Shown one piece after another: positions 56,029 to 56,044 of a stretch of 56,044 nt of DNA (within the stretch, counting starts at the first letter, position 1; each line of letters opens with the position of its first letter). Below the pieces are notes generated by a model. That model saw only the letters and a list, made by a program, of their open reading frames with translations. It ran no database searches and was not told the origin of the DNA. The position numbers and the translations under genes were made by a program. This DNA is from an uncultured Mollicutes bacterium (GTDB taxonomy: Bacteria; Bacillota_I; Bacilli_A; RFN20; CAG-826), in contig CAMNHN010000002.1 in the NCBI GenBank assembly GCA_946539555.1, positions 1 through 56,044 of the forward strand, written 5' to 3'.

Positions 56029-56044
56029 TGCTTAAACTGAAATA

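Overview
This 56 kb, AT-rich window is centred on a chromosomal replication origin: rpmH, then a DnaA-box cluster, then dnaA-dnaN-yaaA-recF-gyrB-gyrA. Gene orientation flips at about 29.8-30.2 kb. The standard genetic code is in use, because TGA terminates pth and yaaA, so this is not a UGA=Trp mycoplasma. Content and synteny look like a Bacillus-type origin region in a reduced low-GC Firmicute or Tenericute. Acholeplasma or Erysipelotrichia is only a guess.

I call 45 CDS, one tRNA-Leu(CAA) and one small SRP RNA, plus promoters, operators and terminators. I see no CRISPR array, transposase, integrase or prophage genes. Most of the window is ordinary housekeeping: aaRS genes, ftsH, mfd, yidC, gyrase, ppdK and ldh.

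I do not see a clear-cut multi-gene novel system. The best candidates, in order:
1. A two-gene cassette at the left edge (76-2096). It encodes a Schlafen-like AlbA_2 + ATPase-like + wHTH protein and an orphan 211-aa partner. It is bracketed by a ~51-bp direct repeat built from 24-bp units and sits 3' of tRNA-Leu.
2. A 30-nt ungapped motif (AAAAACCCTGCAAAAC..A.TATTTTTA) present four times next to stop codons, always oriented with the leading strand.
3. An accessory cluster at 41.6-46.3 kb. It holds a fused MacB-type ABC protein with a very large extracytoplasmic domain, a TetR-like regulator, and an RseP/M50-like membrane protein whose HExxH reads LEIGH.
4. An ~85-aa insertion inside the nucleotide-binding domain of an ABC exporter.

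All functional calls rest on motif recognition by eye. No database searches were run.
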